NCBI GenBank assembly: GCA_038888155.1
Contig: JAWAJB010000003.1
Span: forward strand, 1-64,000
Length of the DNA: 64,000 nucleotides
Direction of reading: 5' to 3'
Source: Desulfurococcaceae archaeon
GTDB taxonomy: Archaea > Thermoproteota > Thermoprotei_A > Sulfolobales > Desulfurococcaceae
Shown here: positions 18,935 through 29,318 of the stretch, in pieces
How positions within the stretch are numbered: the stretch's first letter is position 1
How the letters are laid out: each line of letters starts with the position of its first letter
The notes under the pieces: generated by a model
What the model was told of the DNA's origin: nothing
Database searches by the model: none
Seen by the model: the letters and a program-made list of their open reading frames with translations, nothing else
Translations under genes and position numbers: made by a program

Positions 18935-20581
18935 ATGGCCACCACAGAACCCACAGGAATTCCGGTATTAATATTAAAGGAGGGAACTCAGAGAACAGTT
19001 GGAAGAGACGCTGTTAGAGTAAACATAATGGCAGCTCGCGCCATATCAGAGATAGTTAAGACGACCTATGGACCAAAGGGAATGGATAAAATGCTCGTTG
19101 ACGCCCTAGGCGACGTGACTATAACAAACGACGGCGCCACGATCCTAGACAAGGCAGAAATACAGCACCCTGCAGGAAAGATGCTAGTTCACGTTGCTAA
19201 GAGCCAGGACGCCGAGGTCGGCGACGGCACAAAGAGAGCAGTAATACTTTCTGGCGAGCTACTTAAATACGCTGAAGAGCTCCTGAACAGGAACATACAC
19301 CCAACCCTAATAATATCTGGTTACAGGAAAGCAATGGACGAGGCCTTAAAGGCCCTCGAGCAAATATCCGTCCCAATAGATATAACTAACGAGGACGTGC
19401 TGAAGAGAGTAGCTAAGACCTCTCTCACAAGCAAAGCTGTTCACGACGCTAGGGAGTACTTCGCCGAGCTAGCAGTTAAGGCTATCCGCCAAGTTGCAGA
19501 GCCTCGCGCAGATAAAATATACGTGGATATAGATAATGTTCAGATCATAAAGAAGTACGGAGGCTCATTAATGGACACGAAGTTAGTGTACGGCATCGTG
19601 CTAGACAAAGAAGTAGTTCATCCAGGCATGCCTAGAAGAGTGGAGAAGGCAAAGATAGCGCTCCTAGATGCGCCCCTAGAAATAGAGAAGCCTGAAATAG
19701 ACGCTGAAATCAGGATCAGCGACCCCTCTCAACTAAAGGCGTTCTTGCAACAAGAGGAGGACATACTGAAAAGGTACGTAGATAGGCTCGCAGAAGTTGG
19801 AGTGAACGTCGTCATTACACAGAAGGGCATAGATGAAGTTGCTCAGCACTTCTTGGCGAAAAAGGGCATCCTCGCCGTTAGGAGAGTGAAGAGGAGCGAC
19901 CTCGAGAAGCTCGAGAGGGCATCAGGGGGAAGAATAGTGAGCAACATCGAGGATTTGAAGCCAGAAGATCTAGGCTACGCCGAGCTCGTAGAGGAGAGGA
20001 AGATTGGCGAAGACAAAATGGTCTTCATTGAGGGGTGCAAGAACCCGAGGTCTGTCAGCATTCTAATTAGAGGCGGGCTAGAGAGGCTCGTAGATGAAGC
20101 TGAAAGGAGCCTAAGGGACGCGCTCTCAGCAACTGCGGATGCGCTAAAGGACGGAAAAGTAGTTGGAGGAGGCGGCGCAGTTGAAATGGAGGTAGCTAAG
20201 CACTTGAGGAAGTACGCTGTTAAAGTTGGAGGCAAAGAGCAACTAGCAATAGAGGCCTTCGCGAGATCTGTCGAAGGACTTGTAGTATCGATGCTTGAAA
20301 ACGCAGGATTAGACACCATAGACATGATCATGAAGCTTAGAGCAGCTCACGAGAAGGACAACGGCACTTGGATAGGCGTAGACCTATCTACTGGACAGCT
20401 CGTTAACATGCTAGAGCAAGGCGTCATTGAGCCAATTAGTATCGTGTCGACAGCTGTTAAGGGCGGAACAGAGGCAGCAACAATAATTCTCAGAATAGAC
20501 GATGTCATTGCCGCAAGCAAACTCGAGAAGAAAGAAGAAGTAGGAAAGAAGCCCGAAGAAGAGAAGAAAGAAGAAGAGTAA
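18935..20581 (+). CDS. ths: Thermosome (group II chaperonin) subunit, probably beta
   Basis: [23 protein letters not shown], acidic/basic tail. Confidence 0.97.
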   Translation: MATTEPTGIPVLILKEGTQRTVGRDAVRVNIMAARAISEIVKTTYGPKGMDKMLVDALGDVTITNDGATILDKAEIQHPAGKMLVHVAKSQDAEVGDGTKRAVILSGELLKYAEELLNRNIHPTLIISGYRKAMDEALKALEQISVPIDITNEDVLKRVAKTSLTSKAVHDAREYFAELAVKAIRQVAEPRADKIYVDIDNVQIIKKYGGSLMDTKLVYGIVLDKEVVHPGMPRRVEKAKIALLDAPLEIEKPEIDAEIRISDPSQLKAFLQQEEDILKRYVDRLAEVGVNVVITQKGIDEVAQHFLAKKGILAVRRVKRSDLEKLERASGGRIVSNIEDLKPEDLGYAELVEERKIGEDKMVFIEGCKNPRSVSILIRGGLERLVDEAERSLRDALSATADALKDGKVVGGGGAVEMEVAKHLRKYAVKVGGKEQLAIEAFARSVEGLVVSMLENAGLDTIDMIMKLRAAHEKDNGTWIGVDLSTGQLVNMLEQGVIEPISIVSTAVKGGTEAATIILRIDDVIAASKLEKKEEVGKKPEEEKKEEE

Positions 20582-20625
20582 CCGTTTCTCTCCCTTTAAG
20601 CTCTCCTTGGCTTCTGCAAACCAAG

Positions 20626-20634
20626 TTTTTTTTT
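20626..20634 (+). terminator. Oligo-T terminator after the thermosome gene
   Basis: T9 run about 45 nt after the stop codon. Confidence 0.5.
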
Positions 20635-20832
20635 GGGCTTTAAAGCTTGGACACCGCACAAGTTGTTCTGCTCATACCCCCTACTAGTTTAATTAACCTT
20701 CCCTCAACCTATTCATTGAGCAAAGTGTGCCCCCTTCCCGGTGTAACTTCTACTAGGTGCACTCAGCTTATTCCCTTTTTTCATTGAGGGCGAGGAGGGC
20801 TTAGGACTTCGCGTTCCGCTTACTAGAGCGGT

Positions 20833-21192
20833 CTAAGATTGCGCTACAGTTGCGCCTAGGTAAACGTGATCCATTGCGTTTAGGTTTAATCTCTCCTTGC
20901 TACGAAGTACTAGGAGGAGGCCGTGGAGGGAAACAACAACCCGGTACAAGTCTCCGAGCTGCGCGTTTGAGATCACGTGTCCGTGCGCGCAGAAGTAGTG
21001 CGGTTGGCAGATCTCCCTGCTACCTGAGATATCTAAGTTTAAGGCGCTGTTTACGCTGGGTTTCTTTAGTATGTCTTCATGGAACTCTATCTCTACTTCT
21101 ACCTCACCGCAGAGGCCCTTAACTCTGTAGACCTTCGGTAGCCTTAAGGGCGTTACCTCAGTAATCACGCACTTAAACTGCAATTCGCTCAC
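20833..21192 (-). CDS. rpoG: RNA polymerase subunit Rpo8 (RpoG)
   Basis: OB-like pattern FCAHGHVIS..VVSLHGLLL; size; divergent from the Lsm/tgtA genes as in crenarchaea. Confidence 0.75.
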   Translation of the reverse strand: MSELQFKCVITEVTPLRLPKVYRVKGLCGEVEVEIEFHEDILKKPSVNSALNLDISGSREICQPHYFCAHGHVISNAQLGDLYRVVVSLHGLLLVLRSKERLNLNAMDHVYLGATVAQS

Positions 21193-21248
21193 CTTAATTA
21201 AGCCCTGTTAAAATTATAGTTCGGGTATATAAAAGTCTAGGTGATAAA

Positions 21249-21698
21249 ATGGCGGTAGTTGAAGCCTCTCGGAGGCTCGTTAACGAGCTCGCTACAATGC
21301 TTGACAAAAAGATCAAGATTATTCTTGACAGCGGCAAAGCATACGAGGGCTTGCTCGCAGGTTTTGATCATCCCGCTTTAAACATCCTGCTAAAAAACGC
21401 AGTAGACAGCGCTGGGGTGAAGTACTCTAGGATTATCGTAAAAGGCGAGAGAATTTCCGAGATAATTGTAATGGAGGAGCCACTGTTCGACCCAGAGGAG
21501 TTCAAGGACTTATTGCTTAAAGAGATGAAGCTCCAGGAGCACGCAGTGAGGATTATTCACGACGTTCGGGCCGTTGAGGTGCTCGGCAGGTACAGAATTA
21601 GCGAAGATGGAGTAATGGGCTCAGGGCCAATGGCTGAGACCCTCTACAGCCTGTACAAGAAATACGTTGAGCAGCGCAAAAAGGGCATTCAAGGTTAA
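21249..21698 (+). CDS. Augmented Sm-like protein (SmAP3-type)
   Basis: Sm1 (IKIILDSGKAYEGLLAGFD..LNILL), Sm2 (IVKGERI) plus a C-terminal domain. Confidence 0.85.
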   Translation: MAVVEASRRLVNELATMLDKKIKIILDSGKAYEGLLAGFDHPALNILLKNAVDSAGVKYSRIIVKGERISEIIVMEEPLFDPEEFKDLLLKEMKLQEHAVRIIHDVRAVEVLGRYRISEDGVMGSGPMAETLYSLYKKYVEQRKKGIQG

Positions 21699-21704
21699 AG
21701 AGAC

Positions 21705-23261
21705 TTGTTCGAGGTTAAAGGAAAAGACCTTGCAGGCAGGATAGGAAAGCTTACTACTCCCCACGGGGCACTCGAGACTCCCTTTTTATTTCCCGTTGTA
21801 GACCCCCTGAGGCAGTTGCCAAGATTAAGCGATATTGAGAGGATAGGCTTCAACGGAGTAATCACAAACGCTTATTTATTTTACGCCAGAAACAGCGGCG
21901 CTCCTAAGAGCATTCATAAGGAGCTGTCTTGGCACAACACAATAATGACGGACTCTGGGGGATACCAAATACTTGTGTACGGGGGCGTAGGCGTTGACAA
22001 CAAAACAATAGTAGAGTACCAGAAGGCTATAGGAACAGATATTGGAGTTATACTGGACATACCCACTGGGAGCAAAATGAGCTACGAGGAAGCAGAGAGA
22101 TCCGTGTACGAAACGTACAAGCGCGGAGTAGAAGCTCTCGCCCTTGTAATGGACTCAGAACAGCTGTGGACCTACCCCATTCAGGGAGCTCCATTCAGGG
22201 AGCTGCTCTTGCGCTCTGCAATTATGGCGAGCAAGCTTCCATACCACATCTACGCTATAGGTTCCCCCACTTTAATGCTAGAGAAGTACGAGTACTCTAA
22301 GCTAGTTGAGCTAACTGCCCTCGTTAGAATGCACACTCCTATTAATAAGCCGCTTCACGTGTTTGGCGTAGGGCACCCTATGGTAATACCTTTCCTAGTC
22401 GCTGTGGGAGGAGACTTATTTGATTCAGCTAGCTACGTGCTCTACGCTCGCGACGGTAGGTATATGACTGAAGCAGGAACTAAGGACATAAGGGAGCTTT
22501 CGTACTTCCCCTGCATCTGCCCTATTTGCTCGAAATACTCGCCGGAAGACTTGCTCGAGATGCCGAGCACGGAGAGGGCAGAGCTCCTAGCTAAGCACAA
22601 CTTATACATGCTTAGCAGGGAAATAAGGGCCACTAAGCAGGCCATCAGAGAGAACAGGCTGTGGGAGCTCCTTGAACACCGCTCAAGGGCACACCCGTCT
22701 CTCCTCGAGGCGTTTGAGGCCGTCAAGAGGTATATTAAGTTTATTGACAGGCACTCGCCCCTCACAGTACCAGGGGGAAGAGCTACTTGGGTGCTCAGCA
22801 ATGAGTCCTACTTGAACCCAAAAATTAGGTTGAATGCCAGGAGAGCAAAAGAGATATCCCTGAAGGACGCAAGCGGTAAAGTAGTAGTGCTAGTGCCAGC
22901 GCACAAGAAGCCGTACACATCGCAGCAGGAGTATTTAGAGTTATTAGGGAAATCTCAAGGCCTTGATAACGTCAAGCTGATGTTCCTGCATCCAGTTCTC
23001 GGCGTTTTCACTCCTGGGGCTTCTTCAACTTTTCCATTCTACCAGCACGAGTGCAAGATCTCAAGGCGCTTAATTAAGGCCAACAAAATAGCTAGCTTTA
23101 TCTCAGAAATAGCTGGGCGAGGAGCTCAGAAAGTCATAGTAGTGAAAACGGCTTGGCTCAGCGAAAACCTGGCTGGCAGCATTCACAGAAAGCTGAGAGA
23201 AAGAGGGACGGATATAACTATATGTAGGTTAGACGAGGTCTTCTCTCAGATTCTTCAATGA
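21705..23261 (+). CDS. tgtA: Archaeosine tRNA-guanine transglycosylase
   Basis: GRIGKL.TPHG, MTDSGGYQ, LHVFGVGHP, DLFDSASY, CxCxxC...HNL. Confidence 0.95.
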   Translation: MFEVKGKDLAGRIGKLTTPHGALETPFLFPVVDPLRQLPRLSDIERIGFNGVITNAYLFYARNSGAPKSIHKELSWHNTIMTDSGGYQILVYGGVGVDNKTIVEYQKAIGTDIGVILDIPTGSKMSYEEAERSVYETYKRGVEALALVMDSEQLWTYPIQGAPFRELLLRSAIMASKLPYHIYAIGSPTLMLEKYEYSKLVELTALVRMHTPINKPLHVFGVGHPMVIPFLVAVGGDLFDSASYVLYARDGRYMTEAGTKDIRELSYFPCICPICSKYSPEDLLEMPSTERAELLAKHNLYMLSREIRATKQAIRENRLWELLEHRSRAHPSLLEAFEAVKRYIKFIDRHSPLTVPGGRATWVLSNESYLNPKIRLNARRAKEISLKDASGKVVVLVPAHKKPYTSQQEYLELLGKSQGLDNVKLMFLHPVLGVFTPGASSTFPFYQHECKISRRLIKANKIASFISEIAGRGAQKVIVVKTAWLSENLAGSIHRKLRERGTDITICRLDEVFSQILQ

Positions 23262-23955
23262 CTTTCTCTACTTTCTCTCGCTCAGCTTCTACGGCCTCTA
23301 TTATTGAAGCCTCCTCAATAAGCCTCTGCGTACTCACGCTTACGCCCAGTATCCTAGCCACTACTTCAACGGCTACAGCGCTCGCTTTAGGGTCTGGTCT
23401 AAGCGGCTCAGCAAAGGGTAGAATGACAACCCCCCTAAGGCCATACGACCTCATGAACATCATAGTGAGCGCAAGCGGACCGACAATGTGCCTGTCCTCG
23501 AGTAGCCTTGCCTCTACTAGGGATATCTTCGTGTCGTTTATAGGTATCCACCTGTATTTCTCCCCGCTGTCCTCTCTGAGCTCTTGGCTGAGGCCGCCTA
23601 TCAATATCACCTCGCTAGCTTCGAGCTTTCTTGCGAAAAGGGAGAGAAAGTCTATGTAATCTGTCCTCTCCCTCTCAACGGGCGTGCTGTTGTGCATTAC
23701 AATCACCACTTTGCTCGAGCCTACTTCGCCTGAGTATACTTCAAAGGGGTACAGTAAATCGTGATCTCTGCTGTACATTGTAAACTCGGGCATGTACTTT
23801 GTCCTGACGAAGCCAATTTTCCTCAGCCTAAGCTCCTTGGCTAGGTGCTTAGTTGTCAAGTACCCAACAAGACCAAATCCTTGGTAGCCAGTTATGAAGT
23901 ACGAGTTTTTAATGCTGGCTAGGTCTACCTCTTTTAATGGGACAAATTTGATCAC
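23218..23955 (-). CDS. Proteasome assembly chaperone (PAC2 family)
   Basis: ITGYQGFGLVGYL, PDPKASA, C-terminal YI. Confidence 0.9.
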   Translation of the reverse strand: MIKFVPLKEVDLASIKNSYFITGYQGFGLVGYLTTKHLAKELRLRKIGFVRTKYMPEFTMYSRDHDLLYPFEVYSGEVGSSKVVIVMHNSTPVERERTDYIDFLSLFARKLEASEVILIGGLSQELREDSGEKYRWIPINDTKISLVEARLLEDRHIVGPLALTMMFMRSYGLRGVVILPFAEPLRPDPKASAVAVEVVARILGVSVSTQRLIEEASIIEAVEAEREKVEKVIEESERRPRLTYI

Positions 23956-24449
23956 TTCAGAATCCCCTCCCTTATTCTAACAGCTTCTCCCCGATTATAA
24001 AAAACCATTTCCCAGCCGGCGAGTTGTGCGCGACCTACCGCTATTAGCTTCCCAGCTGAGTCTGCGACTAAGACCTCCTCGTTTGGTCTTATGTCGGCGT
24101 CTGCTGCAAGCACGTGCTTGCAGAACAGCGTGTCCCCTCTCGCTACGAACTCTACGTAGTCTTCCTTTACGTAAACTCTTAGCCTTGGATGCGGTAGAGC
24201 TCTATTCAAGACTTTTCCAGCCTCTAAGTGCAAGTTGAACCTGTAATCCCCAGACCTTAGCGTCAAGTACCTATTGCCGTTGTTAGCTACAGCTCTAACT
24301 CTATTGGTGTTTGGGCTGACGTAAACAAATATAGAGTCCGGGATTAAAGCGCTACCGCTAACCCCGAACTGGATCTCAGCTATTTCCCTCAGCTCCATTA
24401 GCTCGCTTTCAGTAGGCTTCCTGATAATCAAGGACTCGTACACCAGCAA
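23952..24449 (-). CDS. PUA-domain RNA-binding protein
   Basis: IQFG, LFCKHV..AD.DIRPNEEVLV..LIAVGRA, GEAVRIREG. Confidence 0.88.
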   Translation of the reverse strand: MLVYESLIIRKPTESELMELREIAEIQFGVSGSALIPDSIFVYVSPNTNRVRAVANNGNRYLTLRSGDYRFNLHLEAGKVLNRALPHPRLRVYVKEDYVEFVARGDTLFCKHVLAADADIRPNEEVLVADSAGKLIAVGRAQLAGWEMVFYNRGEAVRIREGILK

Positions 24450-25667
24450 CTATTGGAATATGTGTATTGATTTTTTCAGCTCACCTACATCATTCCAGAA
24501 GTTTCTAATTCCCTTTTTACTCTTTACCTTCTCAATCGCTCTAATTAAGTCTTCCATACCAACTGCTCTACGTCCCTCCCTTATGGCGTAGTAGCCGGCC
24601 TCTACAACAGCTAGCTTTATCTCTGCGCCGCTAAAGCCCTCGCTGAGGTCTGCGAGCCTTTCGAAATCTACTTCTACGTTGGTTTTGAGCTTTCCTACGT
24701 GTATCTTAAATATCTCGGCCCGGCCCGTCTTATCTGGAAGAGGTATCTCAATAATTCTATCAAACCTCCCCGGCCTCATTATAGCGGGGTCTAATATATC
24801 GGCTCTATTAGTTGCAGCTATAACTTTAACTCTGTCAAGCGGTTTAAACCCGTCAATTTCAGCGAGCAGCTGCATAAAAGTCCGCTGCACTTCTCGCTCG
24901 CCGCTCGTGCCAATCTCGAGCCTCCTAGAGGCTATTGCGTCAATTTCGTCAATGAAAACTATAGCTGGCGCCCTGCTCCTAGCAAAGGCGAACAGCTCGC
25001 GCACAATTCTAGCGCCTTCTCCAATGTACTTTTGAACTAGCTCGCTGCCAACGAGGGATATAAACGTAGCTTTGCTCTCTGCGGCAACGGCCTTAGCTAA
25101 CAGCGTTTTGCCGCACCCAGGCGGCCCGTAGAGCAACACTCCCTTAGGAGGCTCGATCCCTACCTCCCTAAACAGCTCAGGTGCTTTCAGCGGAAGCTCT
25201 ATTACTTCCCGTAGCTCCATTACTTGCTTGCTCAACCCTCCTATATCGCTGTACTTAATGCCTGGCCTCTCGTTAACTTCCATTAGCTGGACATAGGGCT
25301 CGTAGAAATCTGGGAGAACTTCAACAATAGTGGAACCGCGCTGGTTAAGGGCAACTCTCGCGCCCGGCCTCAACTTGGACTTGCTAACAGAGTCAGCGAT
25401 GTTGACAACTAAGTTCGGCCCGCTGCTGCTCTTAACCACAGCTCTATTATCCGAGAGAACGAGCTCAACGTAGGCCTCTATCAAAGGAGGAGAGACAAGC
25501 TTCTCTATTTCTGATCTATAGTACTCTATTTTCAGCGCTAGCTTTTTGCGCTCCTCCTCTAAGTGCCTAACCTTCATCTCTAGGTATCTCATGTAGTCTT
25601 CCTCGCTTTCAATAAGTGCGTCAACTCGTTCGCCGAGCTTGTTGGAGTCTTCGTAACCGCCGCTCAT
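24450..25667 (-). CDS. pan: Proteasome-activating nucleotidase
   Basis: Coiled coil plus [32 protein letters not shown]. Confidence 0.96.
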   Translation of the reverse strand: MSGGYEDSNKLGERVDALIESEEDYMRYLEMKVRHLEEERKKLALKIEYYRSEIEKLVSPPLIEAYVELVLSDNRAVVKSSSGPNLVVNIADSVSKSKLRPGARVALNQRGSTIVEVLPDFYEPYVQLMEVNERPGIKYSDIGGLSKQVMELREVIELPLKAPELFREVGIEPPKGVLLYGPPGCGKTLLAKAVAAESKATFISLVGSELVQKYIGEGARIVRELFAFARSRAPAIVFIDEIDAIASRRLEIGTSGEREVQRTFMQLLAEIDGFKPLDRVKVIAATNRADILDPAIMRPGRFDRIIEIPLPDKTGRAEIFKIHVGKLKTNVEVDFERLADLSEGFSGAEIKLAVVEAGYYAIREGRRAVGMEDLIRAIEKVKSKKGIRNFWNDVGELKKSIHIFQ

Positions 25668-25724
25668 GTTGAAACCCGGATATATAATAGCCTTTGAAAT
25701 TGTTTTAAGAAATGAGATTGGGGC

Positions 25725-26243
25725 ATGCTTATGTCTTACTACTGTGAAATGTGCGGTAGAGAGCTGGATCAGAAGAGCGCAAAGAAGGCAGTTGTAGAGG
25801 GCTCTCTACTAATTCTCTGCCCCTCATGCTATTCAAGGCTATCGAGGCACTCCAGCGTTAAAGAGGTAGCTCAGCAAAGCCCGCCCAAGAAAAACCCCCC
25901 TAAACCCCAGCCAGCTAGGAGAACAAGGCAGCAAAGCATAGAGGAGCTCGAAGTAGTGGGCGACTACTCCACTAGAGTTAAAACGGCAAGGGAGAAGCTG
26001 GGATGGGCACAAGAGGTTCTCGCTCAAAAAGTAGGTGAAAGCGTTAATACAATTAAGCGGGTTGAAAGCGGGAGGCTAAAGCCCAGCTTAGAGCTAGCCA
26101 AGAAACTCGAGAGAATTTTAGGCATAAAGCTCCTAGAGCCAGTTGTGCACGAGCTCAGCGGGGATACCGCGAGGAGCCAAGATGAGTACTTAACTATAGG
26201 CGACATCATAAGGGTGGAAGGATCCCCCGAGAAGGAGAAATAA
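25725..26243 (+). CDS. mbf1: Archaeal multiprotein bridging factor 1
   Basis: CEMCG..CPSC Zn ribbon, HTH, LTIGD motif. Confidence 0.93.
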   Translation: MLMSYYCEMCGRELDQKSAKKAVVEGSLLILCPSCYSRLSRHSSVKEVAQQSPPKKNPPKPQPARRTRQQSIEELEVVGDYSTRVKTAREKLGWAQEVLAQKVGESVNTIKRVESGRLKPSLELAKKLERILGIKLLEPVVHELSGDTARSQDEYLTIGDIIRVEGSPEKEK

Positions 26244-26252
26244 GGGATTTTT

Positions 26253-27305
26253 TTGAGGGCATTTGTGGTTTTACCCAAGAAGTATGCGCCATTCCTAGAG
26301 GAGGAGTTGGCCCTCGTTCAGACAATCTACAGCGAAGTAGCGGGGTATATTACAGTTAGGAACACAGCTCAGAGGACATACCTCTCAAGCGAAAAGATAT
26401 CGAAGCTGAAGGAAATGGATTTCGACAAGCTCATTGTAATGGACAAGCTAAAGCCAGCTCAGTACGTTAACCTAACTAGAGAGCTAAAGAGAGAGGTCCT
26501 TGACAGGATTTTCGTAATACTCGAGATCTTCGCCACTCACGCCGGCTCGCAGGAAGCTCTGCTTCAAATAGAGCTAGCTAGGCTGAAGCACATGCTCCCA
26601 CTGATTAAGGAGGGAATTAGGTACGCTAAAATAGGGGAGCTACACGGGTTTTTAGGCGCAGGAAAATACGGCTACGAGAAGTACTACTTAATGCTCAAGA
26701 GAAAGGAGGCTAGAGTAAGAAGGGAGCTAGAGAGGCTGCGCGAAATTAGAAGCATAAGGAGAAAGGCAAGACTAGAGGCAGGCCTCCCGCACGTCGCTAT
26801 TGTGGGATACACTTGCGCAGGTAAGACAAGCTTATTTAATTCAATTACTGGGCTGTCTAAGCCCGTAGGGCCGGAGCCCTTCACCACGCTTACGCCGAAG
26901 GCGCAGAGGGCTGGGTACAAGGACATCAGCTTTATAGTAATAGACACGGTTGGGTTCATAAGGGACATCCCGCCAGAGATAGTTGAGTCTTTCTACGCTA
27001 CTCTCGAAGAAATAGCAGAAGCGGATATCATAGTGAACGTCGTAGACGCCTCTAGGAGCTTAAGCGAAGTAATTAGCGAGCTAGAGACCTGTAGGGATAT
27101 TCTAGGGAAGATAGGCTTGCGTGATAGGCCAGTGGTATACGCCCTAAACAAAATTGATAAGATCAACAGCTACGAGGAAGTTGTGAAGGCAGTTGCAGAG
27201 CGCTTAGCTGTAGGCAACGATGTTATACCTACATCGAGCACTAAGAGAATAAACATAGACTTACTACTTGAAAGAATATACACAAAACTGAAAAGCAGGG
27301 GATAG
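26253..27305 (+). CDS. hflX: GTPase HflX
   Basis: ILEIF..HAGS.EA.LQIELA, GYTCAGKT, DTVGFI, NKID. Confidence 0.95.
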   Translation: MRAFVVLPKKYAPFLEEELALVQTIYSEVAGYITVRNTAQRTYLSSEKISKLKEMDFDKLIVMDKLKPAQYVNLTRELKREVLDRIFVILEIFATHAGSQEALLQIELARLKHMLPLIKEGIRYAKIGELHGFLGAGKYGYEKYYLMLKRKEARVRRELERLREIRSIRRKARLEAGLPHVAIVGYTCAGKTSLFNSITGLSKPVGPEPFTTLTPKAQRAGYKDISFIVIDTVGFIRDIPPEIVESFYATLEEIAEADIIVNVVDASRSLSEVISELETCRDILGKIGLRDRPVVYALNKIDKINSYEEVVKAVAERLAVGNDVIPTSSTKRINIDLLLERIYTKLKSRG

Positions 27306-27310
27306 CCAAC

Positions 27311-27847
27311 TTGCCTAGGAAGATCTACGTGCTAAGGTACGGGCACAGGCCGGGCAGGGACAAAAGGATAACTACGCACACAGCGCTAGTGTCGCGGGCA
27401 TTTGGCGCGAGCGGGTTCGTTCTGGGAGACGTTGTGGACGAAGCCGTGCACACAGCCCTATTGAAAGTAGAGGAACTGTGGGGAGGGAAGATGCAATTTG
27501 AGATGGGCGTTAATTCGCAGGAGTACTGCAAAAAGTGGAAAAATAATGGAGGGGCAGTTGTTCACTTAACGATGTACGGGCTTCACTTAGACGACGTCTT
27601 AGATCAGATAAGAAGGGATCCTAGGGACATTCTAATAGTGGTAGGCGCTAGGAAGGTGCCTAGGTTTTACTACGAGGTAGCTGACTACAACGTAGCAGTA
27701 GGGCACCAGCCCCACTCAGAGGTATCTGCCCTAGCCGTGTTCCTAGATAGATTCCACGAAGGGCGCGAGCTGAACTGCAAGTTTGACAACGCAAAAGTAG
27801 AGGTAGTCCCATCAAGTAGGGGCAAGGTCGTAAGGAGACTAAAGTAG
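27311..27847 (+). CDS. trm56: tRNA (cytidine56-2'-O)-methyltransferase
   Basis: LRYGHRPGRDKRITTH, HLTMYG, QPHSEVSALAVFLDR. Confidence 0.95.
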   Translation: MPRKIYVLRYGHRPGRDKRITTHTALVSRAFGASGFVLGDVVDEAVHTALLKVEELWGGKMQFEMGVNSQEYCKKWKNNGGAVVHLTMYGLHLDDVLDQIRRDPRDILIVVGARKVPRFYYEVADYNVAVGHQPHSEVSALAVFLDRFHEGRELNCKFDNAKVEVVPSSRGKVVRRLK

Positions 27848-27861
27848 GTAGCAACATGGCA

Positions 27862-28019
27862 GTGGCGCAAAGCGCAGGGGGGATCGCAAGTTAACGGGGG
27901 TTAACTGCAGGCGTAAATCCCCATATAAGCTCTCCTCTGCCCTGTGCTAGGCTCTCGCCTAGGCTAGGCGCAAGTGGTTACAGCCCTCGAGCGCTTGAGC
28001 TGCACCAATCCCCCGCCAC
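27862..28019. ncRNA. Candidate structured RNA of unknown class
   Basis: Nested complementary ends (GTGGCG/CGCCAC, GGGGAT/ATCCCC, TGCAG/CTGCA) enclosing several hairpins. Confidence 0.35.
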
Positions 28020-28093
28020 ACACAGTTTATCCTCAAATGGGGAAAGTGTAGAAATGAGATCTGCTCTCTGGGGACGCCAAAACTAAAGAGGAG

Positions 28094-28169
28094 TGCGGCG
28101 GCCGGGATTTGAACCCGGGATCTCCGGCTTGGAAGGCCGGCGTCCTAGTCCAGGCTAGACTACCGCCGC
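28094..28169 (-). tRNA. tRNA-Gly(TCC)
   Basis: GCGGCGG acceptor, CCGGC-CT-TCC-AA-GCCGG, GGTTCAAATCC. Confidence 0.96.
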
Positions 28170-28227
28170 CTATTAACTAATTCTAGTTTAGCACAGTATT
28201 TTAAGTTTCTCAGATATAAATTTACGT

Positions 28228-28285
28228 TGGTGATGAAAAGAGGGTCTTGTGATTAAAGAGATGAAGACCGCTGGAAATACTGAGA
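28228..28285 (+). ncRNA. C/D-box guide sRNA
   Basis: Box C GTGATGA (28230), D' GTGA (28249), C' ATGAAGA (28261), D CTGA (28280), two 12-nt guides. Confidence 0.72.
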
Positions 28286-28286
28286 G

Positions 28287-28991
28287 TTAATCCTGCTCTT
28301 TGTAAACTTCTTGCACATATTTACAAACTTCTTCGAGGTCTTTATGTGTATCGACTGCTCTCCAGAACACGTTGTCGTACATAACTGCGCTTAGAACTTT
28401 GTCCCTCGCCATTGCGGGAAACGCCGTCTTTTCAAGGTCTCCTTTCTCAGGGAAGTACTTCAGCGCCTCTCGCTTCAGCGCGTATACTCCTGCGTTGATC
28501 CAGTAATCTTTTATCAACGGCTTCTCTATGAAGCCCTTTACAGCGTCATTGTTGAGCTCTAGTATTCCATAGGGACTTGGCAGGGGTATTGTTGCTATTG
28601 TTCCCAAGTAGCTCTTGCTCGACTCGAGCTTCTTAAGTAGCAGGAGCGGGTCTATGTTTGTTAAAATATCGCCGTTTATAACTAAGAAGACATCTTGCCT
28701 AGAGAGCACGTGCTCGGCGTTTTTAATAGCTCCGCCAGTTCCTAGGGGCTCGTCTTCAACGACGTATATTATCTTGGACCCAAATCTATTGCCGCTCCCG
28801 AAGTACTCAATGATTTTCTCCTTTTTGTAGCCCACTAGTAGTATTACTTCCTCGAATCCGTGCTTCTTGAGCCACATTATTTGCCACTCCAATAGCGGTT
28901 TGCCCGACACCTGTATCATTGGCTTGGGGACCTCGTCTGTGTACGGGCGCAATCTCTTGCCAAAACCACCTGCTAGAATAGCTGCAAGCAT
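28287..28991 (-). CDS. Sugar-phosphate nucleotidyltransferase
   Basis: ILAGGFGKRLRPYT..PKPM, EPLGTGGA, NGD, FIEKP, INAGVY. Confidence 0.93.
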   Translation of the reverse strand: MLAAILAGGFGKRLRPYTDEVPKPMIQVSGKPLLEWQIMWLKKHGFEEVILLVGYKKEKIIEYFGSGNRFGSKIIYVVEDEPLGTGGAIKNAEHVLSRQDVFLVINGDILTNIDPLLLLKKLESSKSYLGTIATIPLPSPYGILELNNDAVKGFIEKPLIKDYWINAGVYALKREALKYFPEKGDLEKTAFPAMARDKVLSAVMYDNVFWRAVDTHKDLEEVCKYVQEVYKEQD

Positions 28992-29134
28992 GCGCAACAC
29001 CAGCTTCAACATGTTTTTAATTACTAGCTGGCTTTTTATTTAAGCATAAACCGATCGAGCCAATTCACATGGATGGCCGAGATAAACTGGGAAGTAAATC
29101 CTAATAAACCCCTCTGCCTTTATAAAAGTAATGA

Positions 29135-29208
29135 GCCGCCGTAGCTCAGCCCGGGAGAGCGCCCGGCTGAAGACCGGGGTGTCCGGGGTTCAAATCCCCG
29201 CGGCGGCA
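29135..29208 (+). tRNA. tRNA-Phe(GAA)
   Basis: GCCGCCG acceptor, CCCGG-CT-GAA-GA-CCGGG. Confidence 0.96.
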
Positions 29209-29318
29209 CTGATTTCTAGTTAAGCCTTTTATTTCCATAATTCATTTTAGAGCTATGTAGCGTCTCTTCAGATGTGGCTGTCGGCTTGAGACCACTAATC
29301 CGCTGGGTGATATGCATA

